Virus record (IMG/VR): IMGVR_UViG_3300031857_000123
Span: 4,915 to 68,914 of that record
Direction: 5' to 3' (one strand)
Source: a virus
DNA: 64,000 nucleotides
Both the position numbers and the translations under genes were made by a program. This document shows, one piece after another, positions 30,615-41,240 of this stretch. Position 1 is the stretch's first letter. Each line of letters begins with the position of its first letter. Below the pieces are notes generated by a model. That model was not told where the DNA came from. It did not search any database and was given only the letters and a program-made list of their open reading frames with translations.

Positions 30615-31910
30615 TCATGCTGTTATTACCTGCCAGCCTTTACGTAAGTAGAGCGCCAGCCTATCGTTGTTTTGTTTTTTATCTGCGTAACCAGCAAAGT
30701 TAATATCTACAACTAGGGGATCTAACTTGCCTTCGTGTAATCGCTGTACACGACCCACAATTTGTTCTAGCAAACTGTCGTTGCTCATTGGGGCTGCAAG
30801 GATAACACAGCTGAGCGTGTTAATAGATATGCCTTCTGAAAAGATTTGCCGGCTCCCACAAATGGCTTTTTTGGTTCCATCAAGTACTTGTTGCTTGATG
30901 TGTTGTCTGTCTTCGTATTCTGTGTCGCCTGTAACAACCGCGCAATCTTCGCCAATGTATTCTTTCACTTTGTGTAAAAACTCCACTCGATCAGCAATAA
31001 CCAATACCGAGTGACCTTCTTGCATATGCATTAATGCAATAGTTGCAATAAACTGCCTGTACTTTTCTGACTCTAGCAATTCCGTGACTTTTTCAACCCA
31101 AGGAACGCCTGGTTTTAGCGTAATCCCAGATTTAACAATGTGCACTGTGGGTGTTAGTGTGTTAGACTGCGGTGGTTTATAAACAACCGGCCCAAAGTAG
31201 TCACGGAACAGAATATGTTTACCGTCTTTGCGAATCATTGTACCTGACAGCGCAATACGGTATCGTGCGTGAAAAGCGTCCACTGTTTGTGCAAACGTAG
31301 TGGCAGGACAGTGGTGGGCCTCATCAAGGATAATACACCCAAACTCCTTAGATAAATCACCAGCAATTTTAGCAAGGGTCTGTATGTTGGCAACTGTGAT
31401 AAAGTGGTCTTCATAGTCTATCTGTCCTCCGCCGATTACTCCAGGTTTGTGTCCAAACAGCACTTCGATTTCTTCACACCACTGATCTCTGAGAGCAGCC
31501 GTGTGTGTGATAACAAGGGTCTTTTGACCAAACTTGTGTGCAAGGTGTAGTGCTGTAAATGTTTTACCCCATCCAACCAGTGCGTTGATGAAACAAGTAT
31601 CGTCGATTGGGTCATATACTACCTGCTGCTCTGGTCTTAGTTCAAACTTAGGGTCAGGAAAAGGTATATGGTCTACTATGCGTTTGTCAATGACCTCGTA
31701 GTCGTCTGGAACCAAGTCTAGACGGCCTTGTGGGATGCTCAAGATGCCTTTGGGCAGTACTTTGTAGTTTTTGATAGTTTCAACTGTAGCAAATTTCTTT
31801 GACCCAGTGTCTTTTTTGATTTTGTATGTAAGCTCACTGATAACCTTTTTGGTATGCTCAACACCAGGGTTATCCATGTAAATACGATTTGATATAATTG
31901 CTTTAGGCAC
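30615..31910 (-). CDS. SF2 DNA helicase (T5 D10-like)
   Basis: GWGKT, DEAHH, LSGT, EGI, Q.VGRVQR. Confidence 0.92.
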   Translation of the reverse strand: MPKAIISNRIYMDNPGVEHTKKVISELTYKIKKDTGSKKFATVETIKNYKVLPKGILSIPQGRLDLVPDDYEVIDKRIVDHIPFPDPKFELRPEQQVVYDPIDDTCFINALVGWGKTFTALHLAHKFGQKTLVITHTAALRDQWCEEIEVLFGHKPGVIGGGQIDYEDHFITVANIQTLAKIAGDLSKEFGCIILDEAHHCPATTFAQTVDAFHARYRIALSGTMIRKDGKHILFRDYFGPVVYKPPQSNTLTPTVHIVKSGITLKPGVPWVEKVTELLESEKYRQFIATIALMHMQEGHSVLVIADRVEFLHKVKEYIGEDCAVVTGDTEYEDRQHIKQQVLDGTKKAICGSRQIFSEGISINTLSCVILAAPMSNDSLLEQIVGRVQRLHEGKLDPLVVDINFAGYADKKQNNDRLALYLRKGWQVITA

Positions 31911-32482
31911 TAGACCATTCTCCAACTATCGGGCTTGTGTGCGTCACAAAAACCATAAAAAATATGTGCCATGCCTAATTGCAATACTCTGGCATAGTGT
32001 TGATTTTCACCAGGCCGCTGCATGGCTTTGAAGCGGCTAGACAGACCTTGCAATTCAAACACACACCCTAGCCCTGCCGCAGGTAAAACTTGTTTGATCT
32101 TGCGTGTAGTCAGTTTGGCGCGTGTGGTTTTTTCATAGTGAAATACTCTGCCACTATTATCAATAAACCAAGTAGTAGACTTGGCTAATTTTACCAAGTC
32201 TGCTAAAAAGTAGATAGCGGTGCGAACTGGAAATAGCGTTACCTTAGGGTCAGCTTTTAAACGCAGCCTGCGCATACCCAAAGTAGTTCCAGGTATGCTG
32301 GCGTCGTCTACTACGCGCACAGTTGCTGTTTCAGAATTCAGCTCATCAACATAGTGCGTGTAGTAGTACACAACCCCAGACTCTTGTCTGGGTTCATGCT
32401 CACCTAGCCTGAACACGGGCCAGTGTATCTCCGATAATTTCGTATGTTTCTGTAAAGTGTCCAAAACTATAATCCTCGCCAA
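31910..32482 (-). CDS. Conserved T5-like hypothetical protein (start uncertain)
   Basis: DD...G.TLG.RRL and FID..G..F.Y.K motifs; lies between pol and D10. Confidence 0.55.
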   Translation of the reverse strand: MARIIVLDTLQKHTKLSEIHWPVFRLGEHEPRQESGVVYYYTHYVDELNSETATVRVVDDASIPGTTLGMRRLRLKADPKVTLFPVRTAIYFLADLVKLAKSTTWFIDNSGRVFHYEKTTRAKLTTRKIKQVLPAAGLGCVFELQGLSSRFKAMQRPGENQHYARVLQLGMAHIFYGFCDAHKPDSWRMV

Positions 32483-34688
32483 TATCTTGATCTACACCAA
32501 TTGGGGTGTTTGGGATTTCACAGCCCCACTGGTGTTGAGTGTTACGCTTTAGGATCTCGCAGTATTCCACCACATCTTCGTCTTTTACAAGCGCAACAAT
32601 CGAGTCATGAACCAGCATAAAGATTTTAGCATCTAGCTGTTTCTCTTTAACTTCTTGTGCTGTTCGCATAGCGCCAAGTAAGTTAACATCACTGGCAAGT
32701 GACTGTACTTCAGCGTTGATTCCGCTACGGACTTCGTGAGCTGCGATACCTTTATCTGCGCTAAACACATTAGGTAGTCTGCGTTTCCTGCCAAAGAATG
32801 AGTATGTATAACCATTTGTTTGAATAAAGTTTTTGCGATCTTCAAGCCACTTTTTTAGCTTGTTGAATTTTGTAAAGTATTGTTTAATATCGTCACGAGC
32901 CTGCTCAACAGGGTAAACCTCACCAGTGGCTTTTGACACAGTCTGCGATACTTTGTTAGCACCTGAACCGTACAAAATACCAAAAGAGATAGCTTTAGCC
33001 GATTGACGCATACTTCCAAACAGCTTTTTAACGTCTTCAACCGCACATGGCAATGAGAACACCATTTTAGCAATTGTTGAGTGAAAGTCGCCGCCTGAAC
33101 TAAAAACTTCTTGCAGGTTCTTGTCACCGCTTAGCACAGCCGCATAGTACATTTCAGCTGTGGTCAAGTCTTGCGATACAATCTTGTAGCCTGCTGGAGC
33201 CTGGATGCAACCTTTGATAATAGGATCGTCGCGAGGTATTTGCTGAGCGTTGAACTTCCCAGAACTACTAAGCCTACCGCTAGTAGTAAATATAAGATTA
33301 AAATTTGTACGAATACGACCATCGCGGTCAATTTCTGGTAGAATCTTTTGAATATAGGTGTTTTGAATCTTGCCAAGCTGACGAACCTTTAAGATAGCTG
33401 CTGGTAGTGGATGTTCATCTGATAGTTCGCCAAGTACTTCTGCGTCAGTTGAGACTGCACCAGTAGCTGTTTTCTTGCCAGTCGGGTTAAGACCCAAGTA
33501 GTCAAAAAGCACAACACGCAGCTGCATAACACTGTTGGGATTAAAGATTTTGCCACTGTCACGCTCGTATTGTTTTACTGCATCAAACGAGTACACAACC
33601 TGCTTGGCAGCCTCAATTTCAGCATCAAGGTATTTACTAGCAGCAGCCATGCGTTCTGTGCTCATAGGAATACCAACTTCTTCCATGTCCATCAAGAACA
33701 GTGTACCAGGAATCAATATTTCCGAATAAACTTTACGCAGTTTGTCGTTGGCTTGTACAATGGGCCAAAACTTGTGGAAAAGTTCGTATGTAACGGCTGT
33801 GTCAATCGAAGCGTAACGGCTAATAGTGTCGAATGGGATAAGGTCATAGGTAAAGTCATCTTGCAGCAAACCATTGGCTGCACAGTATGCCTTTTTAAAG
33901 TCATCAAGTTCACTATCATAGTCGCCGTAATCGGTGTATTTTAAGGCCAATGGCTTCAAACCATGTGAATCAGTTTCATCTAACACATAGTGCATGACCA
34001 TTGTGTCGTGTACACGACTACGAGGAAAACTAATGCCAAGGTGATACTCAATCATCTTGTAGTCAAACTTCATGTTGTGAAACACTGTTGTGTATTCATT
34101 AGCAATCTTTTGCAACAAGTCCATGCACTCGTCGTCTAGGCAGTCTGTTAAGATATAACGACCATGCTTGGTTTTGTAGCTTAGTGACAAACCAAGTACG
34201 TAACCGTCTCGTGGATAAAGACAAGTTGTTTCCGTGTCCCAGGCAACATAACCTCGGGCATTGTCCATTACTTCTCGCAAAAATTCTTTGGCTTCATCAG
34301 TGCTGTCAATACCCTTAAAATCACCTTGTACACTAGGCTTTAGTTGACCTTTTACGTACTTGTGAATACGATCCACAGCACGCTGAAAGTCAGGTTTGCC
34401 TTCAGGCTTGAAGCTCAGCATTGCTGGATTTGAGATAGCAATAAACTTGTCGTTGACAAGCTGTCCAGCCATGTTGGTTACCGAGGTAATCTTGGCGTAT
34501 TCTTTGGCAGCTTCTGCGCCGACTAAGACTACGAAGTCGTATGGCTCCAAGTCTACTACCAAGTCTACATCTTTTTTCAGCAATTTGGTAATTGGCACCG
34601 AACTCATGTGGTACTGGTCATACTCAAACTCAAAGTAGTCTGAATAACGAGTACGGTTGGGTGCTTTGTCAATAACTGCAATTTTCAT
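32400..34688 (-). CDS. DNA polymerase family A with 3'-5' exonuclease
   Basis: DTET, HNMKFD, YA..D exonuclease motifs; TSGRLSS, QDL..AE, R.SAKAISFGILYG, VHDS polymerase motifs. Confidence 0.96.
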   Translation of the reverse strand: MKIAVIDKAPNRTRYSDYFEFEYDQYHMSSVPITKLLKKDVDLVVDLEPYDFVVLVGAEAAKEYAKITSVTNMAGQLVNDKFIAISNPAMLSFKPEGKPDFQRAVDRIHKYVKGQLKPSVQGDFKGIDSTDEAKEFLREVMDNARGYVAWDTETTCLYPRDGYVLGLSLSYKTKHGRYILTDCLDDECMDLLQKIANEYTTVFHNMKFDYKMIEYHLGISFPRSRVHDTMVMHYVLDETDSHGLKPLALKYTDYGDYDSELDDFKKAYCAANGLLQDDFTYDLIPFDTISRYASIDTAVTYELFHKFWPIVQANDKLRKVYSEILIPGTLFLMDMEEVGIPMSTERMAAASKYLDAEIEAAKQVVYSFDAVKQYERDSGKIFNPNSVMQLRVVLFDYLGLNPTGKKTATGAVSTDAEVLGELSDEHPLPAAILKVRQLGKIQNTYIQKILPEIDRDGRIRTNFNLIFTTSGRLSSSGKFNAQQIPRDDPIIKGCIQAPAGYKIVSQDLTTAEMYYAAVLSGDKNLQEVFSSGGDFHSTIAKMVFSLPCAVEDVKKLFGSMRQSAKAISFGILYGSGANKVSQTVSKATGEVYPVEQARDDIKQYFTKFNKLKKWLEDRKNFIQTNGYTYSFFGRKRRLPNVFSADKGIAAHEVRSGINAEVQSLASDVNLLGAMRTAQEVKEKQLDAKIFMLVHDSIVALVKDEDVVEYCEILKRNTQHQWGCEIPNTPIGVDQDIGEDYSFGHFTETYEIIGDTLARVQAR

Positions 34689-34710
34689 TTATTATTCCTT
34701 GTGATACTTT

Positions 34711-34739
34711 ATTATAGCGTATCTGAGCTAACATTTCAA
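34711..34739 (-). promoter_or_regulatory. Sigma70-type promoter for the polymerase gene
   Basis: TTGAAA-17 nt-TATAAT. Confidence 0.75.
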
Positions 34740-34741
34740 GT

Positions 34742-35596
34742 TTATTTATTAATGTACTCTGCAATGCTTCGTACATTCTCACTATCTAAATCGCCAGGGT
34801 CTACACCATCTGGTAGGTCTACTACTTCCGTAATAAAACCTTCAGCTTCGATAATAGGCTTGAGTAATTGGGCGGCCTTGCGACCCGCTTCGTCACCATC
34901 GAATAGTAGATATACGTGCGTAATACCTTGAGCCTTAAATGGAAGTAACTTCGATTTCGTTTCGTTTTGTAGGGTATTGGTGCCAAACGCGCAGACAACA
35001 TTTTCACAACCTTTGTCATATAAGTTAAGCATGTCAAACATGCCTTCTACAATTACCATTGAACTATAACCACTTGGCAAGTGGCTGGGAAATAGTGGCA
35101 TCTTAACACCTACAGGATAGTTAACATACCTGGGATTGCCTTGTGACATTGTATGTCGTGCCACAAACACAATATTTTTACCAGTAATGTCTTTGATTGG
35201 AAACACAATACGGTCTTGTAGCTTTTCAACTTGATTTGTATAAAAAGCCTCAAAATGCTTGAGTGTTTGTGCACTAACGCCACGAAACACTTTGGTCCAA
35301 GGTGTGTAGCCACTAGGCAATTCTAGTTCTTGACCAAATCGTTTTAGTACTTCCAGCTTTTCTTTAAGTGCCATAATCTTGATGGGTACTGGGTTTGTAA
35401 AAACTCCATAATACTTAAAAAGATTGGTTTTAAAGCCACAAGCAAAGCAATGTGCTACGCCAGAAACTTTGTCAACACGAAAGCTGGGGTTTGAGTCACT
35501 ATGATCTGGGTTTAGGCATTTGATAAGATAGTCACGACCTGAAACAGAGAACTTCAGGTCGTTTTTCTGGATAAGTTCTAAGACTGGGTCACTCAT
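34742..35596 (-). CDS. DNA primase
   Basis: C..P.H.D..PS...HCF.CG zinc finger; TOPRIM VEG.FD and FDGDEAG. Confidence 0.92.
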   Translation of the reverse strand: MSDPVLELIQKNDLKFSVSGRDYLIKCLNPDHSDSNPSFRVDKVSGVAHCFACGFKTNLFKYYGVFTNPVPIKIMALKEKLEVLKRFGQELELPSGYTPWTKVFRGVSAQTLKHFEAFYTNQVEKLQDRIVFPIKDITGKNIVFVARHTMSQGNPRYVNYPVGVKMPLFPSHLPSGYSSMVIVEGMFDMLNLYDKGCENVVCAFGTNTLQNETKSKLLPFKAQGITHVYLLFDGDEAGRKAAQLLKPIIEAEGFITEVVDLPDGVDPGDLDSENVRSIAEYINK

Positions 35597-36984
35597 TATG
35601 CATTCCAAGGTAAGTCTGCACCGCTATCTGATACCGGCACCACTTCCTCTTGACCTTTCTTTACTTTTTTAACTGGTTCTTTAGCTGCTGGGCGATCCAC
35701 ACTCTGTGGCGAAATGCGTAGTGAGTCCCAGTCAATTGGGCACGTAAACGCCATTTCTTTACCGCCTCGGATTTTAGTGGTTTGAAAAGAAATTGCACTG
35801 GTTTCTTTATCATGAGCTTCCATTGTAAGTGCGATATCTGCGGCATCCAAAATACCTTTGGCAAAACGTGCTTCTCCGTTAGCGTCGATTTGATATGGAC
35901 TAACCATAACGATCTCGTACTTACGGGCAAGGTTTTTGAGTTTCTTGGACACTTCAATTTGAGGTTTCCAATCATAGATATCTGTGCCTTCAATCTGAAT
36001 TTGATTTAAGTAGTCAACTACTACCAGTTTTAGTTTATCGCCAAACTTGGCTTTAGCTTTGCCGATATGCAAGTCGATGCTGCTTAGGGTCAAGTCACGA
36101 TCATCAACAATAATCATTTGATTATCTGCTTTTAGCACACAGTTTCGTACTAAGTTTTCTTCAAACTTGTAGCGGTCGCGGTGACGTAAAAACTCCGAGA
36201 CTAAGTCACCGCTATTCTCAAACATTTCTGCTCGGGCTCGAACTACTCGTAGCAGTTCGTCATCTGTTAGTTTGTGTTGTTTTAAGTTTTGTAGGTTTAC
36301 ATTTGCCAGGATACTAAGATTACGTTCCATGGTCTCTTTAGCAGTCATCTCAATACTAAAGTAAATACTACTGTTACCAGACTCATATTGATTAACAAAA
36401 AGATTGCTACTAGCAATAGATTTGCCAGATCCCCGTTTACCTCCAATGAGTATGAGTTCTTGGCGAGCCACGCCACCAAGCACACTGTCAAAACCGTTAT
36501 TAAGGCCAAGATAAACACGTTCTTTTTCCAAATCTTCTGGGTGGCTGAACATCATCATGTCAGCCATTGTAAACACTTTTTCTGATGTGTGGGTCTTTTC
36601 TTCAATTGTTAATGCAATTGAAGCTAAGTTTTCTTTTATTTCATTTGTATCGTAGAGTGGTAACTTGTCTACGAATTTATCTAGTAATTTTACCGTTTCG
36701 TTTTGAGTATACTGGTCGATTAATGCGTCCAGGGCTACTTCTGCGGAAACGTCTGGTACCTCGGTTAACCGGAGAGTTGCCAGTGTTTTAGACGCCGGAC
36801 CCTCCCTTAAGGTTAGCTCAAGATCGTCAAAAGACGGAATTGCGCTGTACTTTTCGTAGTATTTGTTTACTACGCTGTACAAGGAAGAATACGCAGGGTC
36901 TAAAAATACCAACTTGAGTTTAGCCCAAATATCTAGGTTACGCTCAGTTAATAATTTGTTTAAGACTACTGCACTAGTATCCAA
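35596..36984 (-). CDS. Replicative DnaB-like helicase (T5 D6-like)
   Basis: GKRGSGKS, FSIEM, VVDYLNQ, PYQ, K.R. Confidence 0.9.
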   Translation of the reverse strand: MDTSAVVLNKLLTERNLDIWAKLKLVFLDPAYSSLYSVVNKYYEKYSAIPSFDDLELTLREGPASKTLATLRLTEVPDVSAEVALDALIDQYTQNETVKLLDKFVDKLPLYDTNEIKENLASIALTIEEKTHTSEKVFTMADMMMFSHPEDLEKERVYLGLNNGFDSVLGGVARQELILIGGKRGSGKSIASSNLFVNQYESGNSSIYFSIEMTAKETMERNLSILANVNLQNLKQHKLTDDELLRVVRARAEMFENSGDLVSEFLRHRDRYKFEENLVRNCVLKADNQMIIVDDRDLTLSSIDLHIGKAKAKFGDKLKLVVVDYLNQIQIEGTDIYDWKPQIEVSKKLKNLARKYEIVMVSPYQIDANGEARFAKGILDAADIALTMEAHDKETSAISFQTTKIRGGKEMAFTCPIDWDSLRISPQSVDRPAAKEPVKKVKKGQEEVVPVSDSGADLPWNA

Positions 36985-36986
36985 AG

Positions 36987-37286
36987 TTACCCTACTTTCG
37001 CTTCATTGTCAATAATAACTTGATCTACGATTTCAGTTACTTTGTACATAACTTGCTCTCGCAGCTTTTTTAAATCTTGTTGATAAGTTACGCCACTATC
37101 ATACAGCAAACTCAGTTGTTCATGAGTTATCAACTGCTGTAGGCCAAAATAAATGTGGTCGTAAGCCATTGTAGATTCTGGTGAGATTTCTACTTGTGCG
37201 GCTTTTCCATAATTGTGCATAGCCTGTTTGACGACTTCTTCCATCGTAAACGACTCGTTGTCATGGTATGTAATTGTAACACGCAT
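36987..37286 (-). CDS. Hypothetical protein
   Basis: ORF with SD AGGAGG. Confidence 0.6.
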   Translation of the reverse strand: MRVTITYHDNESFTMEEVVKQAMHNYGKAAQVEISPESTMAYDHIYFGLQQLITHEQLSLLYDSGVTYQQDLKKLREQVMYKVTEIVDQVIIDNEAKVG

Positions 37287-37305
37287 ACTCTTGACCTCCT
37301 AAACA

Positions 37306-37340
37306 GAAAAAGCCCGGGAGCTTTATGGAACTCCCGGGCT
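37306..37340 (-). terminator. Intrinsic terminator after the D5-like gene
   Basis: AGCCCGGGAG / CTCCCGGGCT stem followed by TTTT. Confidence 0.85.
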
Positions 37341-37356
37341 ACTGATTTAAACCAAA

Positions 37357-38106
37357 TTAAGCAGCGGCTTTGGCTTCTGCTTTGGCTTTTTTAGCTGCGC
37401 CGTCATAGTCAGCAACTTTGATACCACGACGAGTCAACAGGGTACGCAGGCCACGCTCTGTTTTGTCAACTTTAGCAGCAATTTCTGCAACAGTCATAGT
37501 GTGGATGCTAGCACCCAAGGCAGTTACTTGGTCAACAGACTCTTTAGCATGAGATTCTTTTTGTGCAGGAATCTTAGCAATCTGGCCTTTACGTGTCAGG
37601 CTCAAAGCCTTACCACGAACTGAGGCAACAGTTTTGTTGAGTTTGGCAGCGATTTCTTCGATATAGCTACCTGCGTCAGCCATACGAACAAAAGTAGCTT
37701 CTTCGGCTTCTGTGTAAGTACGAGCAACTTCAACTTTTTCAGCAGGCTTTACTGAGCCAGTCAACTCAAGGGCCAACAGCTTGCCTTGAATTTGCTTTGC
37801 AGTGAACTTGCCGTCAGCAAAGTTTTCAGCAATATCTTTGTAGGTTAGGTTACCAGCATTTGCGTTAACGAAATCGGCAAGATCAGCGCCTTCGTCAGCA
37901 GTAAATGCACTTGTTTTTTCTTTTGCAAGACTAGCAACTTCACGATCTAGTTGACGCAGTTTGCTGGCAATACTGCGAGTGGTTTTACCCAACTGCTCAG
38001 CAGCACGCTCAACGCTATCAACGCTAACAGGGCTTTCGCTGCCAACGATTTGCATCAATTGGTCAACAGCTTCGTCAGACCAGTTTTTAGTTGTTTTTTC
38101 AGTCAT
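37357..38106 (-). CDS. DNA-binding protein, T5 D5-like
   Basis: Repeated HTH-like units (RSIASKLR, KQIQGKLL, ASVRGKALSL), LTRRG...DYDG; lies next to the ligase genes. Confidence 0.8.
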   Translation of the reverse strand: MTEKTTKNWSDEAVDQLMQIVGSESPVSVDSVERAAEQLGKTTRSIASKLRQLDREVASLAKEKTSAFTADEGADLADFVNANAGNLTYKDIAENFADGKFTAKQIQGKLLALELTGSVKPAEKVEVARTYTEAEEATFVRMADAGSYIEEIAAKLNKTVASVRGKALSLTRKGQIAKIPAQKESHAKESVDQVTALGASIHTMTVAEIAAKVDKTERGLRTLLTRRGIKVADYDGAAKKAKAEAKAAA

Positions 38107-38866
38107 TTGTGGTTTCTTTCAAGAAAGTATTTAGGTTTGTTATGATTTGGATGCCAAGAGACTCGGCTTTTTTGCGTTTTGTACTAGCTTTATCTTCTTC
38201 ATCAACTAGGATATCAGTGGCTTTTGTTACTGATTCAGTAACATTGTAGCCTGCCTCTTCTAGTGCTTTGTAGGCTTCTGCTTTAGTTTTGTAAGAAGAT
38301 AACTTTCCAGTGATACAAACAGTCTTGGAATTATTATTACTATTTGATGTGGAATTGCGGTTGGACTTAAAAGAGAACGGCAAAAACTCTCGTAAGTCAG
38401 GGAAATCTGTTTGTAGCCAGCCAACTAAGTTTTCTGTGACTTTGTCGCCTAGGCCAGCTTGTTTGCAAGTTTCGTAAGTGATTTGGTCAATGTGCTCGAC
38501 AACACTGCAAATCTTTTGTGATGCTGTATTGCCAACCAGTGGGATACTGAAGCTGGCAATCACTGTGGCCAAGTCAGCACCTTTGGCACGCTCAATCTCG
38601 TCTAAGAGTTTTGTGGCTGTGCGCTCACTGCCCAATGCTTCAGCTGCGGAATCTTGGTCTAAGTAGAACAGCTCGGTTAAGTCTTGTAGGTTGAGCTTTT
38701 CAACACTCCGAGGCCCCATGCCTTTGATGCCCAGAGTCTTGCAGAAGTGTTCAACTTTTTTACCCAGCTGTGCTCCGCAAGCTGTGTTGCGACAAAACAA
38801 TTGATCGTTGACCAATTCGAGTTTATAATCACAGCAGGGGCAGGTTGTTGGGATTTCGATCTTCAT
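38099..38866 (-). CDS. NAD-dependent DNA ligase subunit B (Zn finger, HhH, BRCT)
   Basis: CP.C...FC.N..C, IKGMG, IPLVG, CITGKL...VTK BRCT. Confidence 0.88.
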   Translation of the reverse strand: MKIEIPTTCPCCDYKLELVNDQLFCRNTACGAQLGKKVEHFCKTLGIKGMGPRSVEKLNLQDLTELFYLDQDSAAEALGSERTATKLLDEIERAKGADLATVIASFSIPLVGNTASQKICSVVEHIDQITYETCKQAGLGDKVTENLVGWLQTDFPDLREFLPFSFKSNRNSTSNSNNNSKTVCITGKLSSYKTKAEAYKALEEAGYNVTESVTKATDILVDEEDKASTKRKKAESLGIQIITNLNTFLKETTND

Positions 38867-38890
38867 GTTGTTTATCACTTTGTAGACTAT

Positions 38891-38919
38891 ATTATACTGG
38901 ATTAGGTATGGTTTGACAA
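38891..38919 (-). promoter_or_regulatory. Sigma70-type promoter between the two ligase subunit genes
   Basis: AAATTTACAC-TTGTCA-17 nt-TATAAT. Confidence 0.75.
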
Positions 38920-38936
38920 GTGTAAATTTTTACTCC

Positions 38937-39887
38937 TCAAGCATCAACTTTATGTAGTATGCAAGGAATAATTTCTCCGGCACGTATAACGGCCACACGA
39001 TCACCAATTCGCAAATCCAGCATTTCAATAAAACCTGGGTTGTTCAAGGTAGCACGACTAACCATAGCATCGCCAATAAGTACAGGTTCCAGGATACCCA
39101 CAGGAGTAACCTTGCCTGACTTGCCAACTTGCCATTCAACTGCCGTGAGTGTGGTTTCAACGTGTTCGGCACGCTCTTTTTTAGCATATGCACCTCTGGG
39201 ATGTTTGGCTGTGTAACCCATCTCATAGAACAGCTCGTTATCGTTAACACGGAACACTACACCGTCACAAGGAAATATTTTGTCCAAGTCCGGCTCATTG
39301 ATTACTGAAAAGCCTGAGTCGTGTAAGAGATTTAGGTCTTGGTTGAATGTGTCCGATAGGCTAGGCTGAACACCATAAGCAAAGAAACTTAGTGCTCGTG
39401 ATTGAAATTCAGCTACATCTTTTAAGTTAAGTGCACCGGCTGCATAGTTACGTGCATTTTCAATGTTGAGTGGAGCAACAATCTCGCCAGTAACTTGGTA
39501 CACGCCTAAAAAGGGAACTTTTTGTGGAACAATGGGGTTGCCCAAGAATTTATCAGTTACAATCTGACCTTCTACACCATCCCCACGGGTAAGAACTCGA
39601 ACAAGATTACCATCAACATAAAGTAGGCTAAGAGCTGCCCCATCCAACTTAACACTTGTAGCAATGCCTCGAATGCCTTGGAGAGGTTGGACGCCTTCAT
39701 CTTCGTAATACTTTTGTAGTGAGTACATTTGGTACAAATGTCGCTCGGTTTTGAGATTTTGTTTTGCCCCCACAGCACCGTAACCCACGCTATCAGCCAA
39801 TGCATCAAACTGTGCATCAGTGATAAATGGTGAGCCTGCATAATAAGCGGCTGAAGCCGAATCTAAATATTGTGTGATTTTGTTCAT
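38937..39887 (-). CDS. NAD-dependent DNA ligase subunit A (adenylation + OB)
   Basis: MYSL, KLDG, TRGDG..G, RNYAAG, DGVV, WQVG.SG..TP, RAG.IIP. Confidence 0.92.
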   Translation of the reverse strand: MNKITQYLDSASAAYYAGSPFITDAQFDALADSVGYGAVGAKQNLKTERHLYQMYSLQKYYEDEGVQPLQGIRGIATSVKLDGAALSLLYVDGNLVRVLTRGDGVEGQIVTDKFLGNPIVPQKVPFLGVYQVTGEIVAPLNIENARNYAAGALNLKDVAEFQSRALSFFAYGVQPSLSDTFNQDLNLLHDSGFSVINEPDLDKIFPCDGVVFRVNDNELFYEMGYTAKHPRGAYAKKERAEHVETTLTAVEWQVGKSGKVTPVGILEPVLIGDAMVSRATLNNPGFIEMLDLRIGDRVAVIRAGEIIPCILHKVDA

Positions 39888-40075
39888 AAAACAATTATAA
39901 CAGTTTAGGGTCTACGAAACAAGTATAAATTTAGAAATGCCGTCCAAAAGCGCAGTAAACCTGAAACCAGGGAGATATTTGATAAGTTTGTTGATCGTGA
40001 TCCCAATAAGGGTTAATCTCCCACGTTACCTCCCAATCACGACTGAGTTGCCAGTGACGTTTACCAAAGCGAATA

Positions 40076-40369
40076 TTAAACCAAAGGTTGCTCATTTTTC
40101 AGTTTCTCACTATAATGTTCAATAATTTCACGACCCTCGGCTACACTGCAAATTTCAAAAAGTCCGTCTAGTAAGGCATAGATATTTTCAGTGCTTGCAG
40201 GAATCGAGACACCTTCACGACTAGGTACAAATTCCCCTTCATACGACAAGAAGTATTTGCGTAGTTGTATATAAGTAACGTCTCTGAAATCGTTAACAGC
40301 TAATCGAACTTGAAAACCTTTGTCCATGTTTTCTTCGATTGTTTTTGAGTAGAGTATATTCTCGTCCAT
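40076..40369 (-). CDS. PC4/p15-like ssDNA-binding transcriptional coactivator
   Basis: VN.FR...Y..LRKY....GE..P...GVSIP. Confidence 0.75.
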   Translation of the reverse strand: MDENILYSKTIEENMDKGFQVRLAVNDFRDVTYIQLRKYFLSYEGEFVPSREGVSIPASTENIYALLDGLFEICSVAEGREIIEHYSEKLKNEQPLV

Positions 40370-40374
40370 ATTTA

Positions 40375-40617
40375 TCAGCCTTTTGGCGCAGATATAATTC
40401 TTTGCAGGTTTTCGTGTGTTGCTGGGGTTGCCCAATGTGTGGTAGCCCAGTCTGTAATGCAGTTGTTTTCTGAGATCTGCGACTCACGTCCTGCTACGCG
40501 CATAAGGTTACACCAGTGAGTCCAGTAGTCAGCAAGTATGGCCGCATCAGACCATACTTGCCATACTGCTTCACTGTATTTCTCGTTTACAGGCTCGCAG
40601 TACATCCAGTACCTCAT
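40375..40617 (-). CDS. Hypothetical Trp-rich protein
   Basis: ORF coupled within the operon. Confidence 0.5.
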   Translation of the reverse strand: MRYWMYCEPVNEKYSEAVWQVWSDAAILADYWTHWCNLMRVAGRESQISENNCITDWATTHWATPATHENLQRIISAPKG

Positions 40618-41240
40618 ACACGAACTCCTAGTTCACGAAGATGTTCTAGTGATGCCAGTTCGTGTGCTTCTTGGTATGCACTCTGTAACCACTTGTCGCT
40701 AAGCAGCCAGATACGATAGACCCAGCCGTGTTTATCGGACTTCTGCTCAGACTCAATACGTGCAGTAGAGTCATAACGCGCACTGTACACAACTTCGCCT
40801 ACACGAAAGCGGTCACGTACTGCACCTTCTGGAATCAGCTCTGGGCGAAAGTAACTTGACCCAGGCACTCGGATTGGTACTGCGTTGTCTTCTAGCACAC
40901 GCTTAATGAAACCTGCACTGCGATAAGTCATTTTTGAAATTGCATCAACAGTTTCACCATTTAAGTATTCTGAGATAATATAAACTACGTCTTCCCGGCT
41001 AGCGGGCTTGCCGCGTAGCTCAGCACGACGTTGTGCATCACGAGCTTGAGAACGCTTAAAGTCCTCGATAATAGTACCCAAGCGGGTAGTGTTGTATGCC
41101 ATGCCAAGAATCTGGCAAGCATCTTTTTTGGTAATAGGCTTCTGGCCCTCTTCAGTGGGTTCTAGTAGGCGGATAACTCGGCTAATGTTGGCCGGAGTCA
41201 TCAGTTCGGTTTCCAGTTCGCTTCGTTTCTTTGTTGCCAT
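40614..41240 (-). CDS. T5 D2-like DNA-binding protein
   Basis: TKK.AC..LG..N, YL.G....I....YRS, F.VGE.V motifs recalled from T5 early proteins; synteny. Confidence 0.55.
   Translation of the reverse strand: MATKKRSELETELMTPANISRVIRLLEPTEEGQKPITKKDACQILGMAYNTTRLGTIIEDFKRSQARDAQRRAELRGKPASREDVVYIISEYLNGETVDAISKMTYRSAGFIKRVLEDNAVPIRVPGSSYFRPELIPEGAVRDRFRVGEVVYSARYDSTARIESEQKSDKHGWVYRIWLLSDKWLQSAYQEAHELASLEHLRELGVRV

Noticed and set aside
38099-39887. Ligase pseudogene or frameshift
   Set aside because: A two-gene NAD ligase is the known T5 arrangement, and both halves retain their motifs
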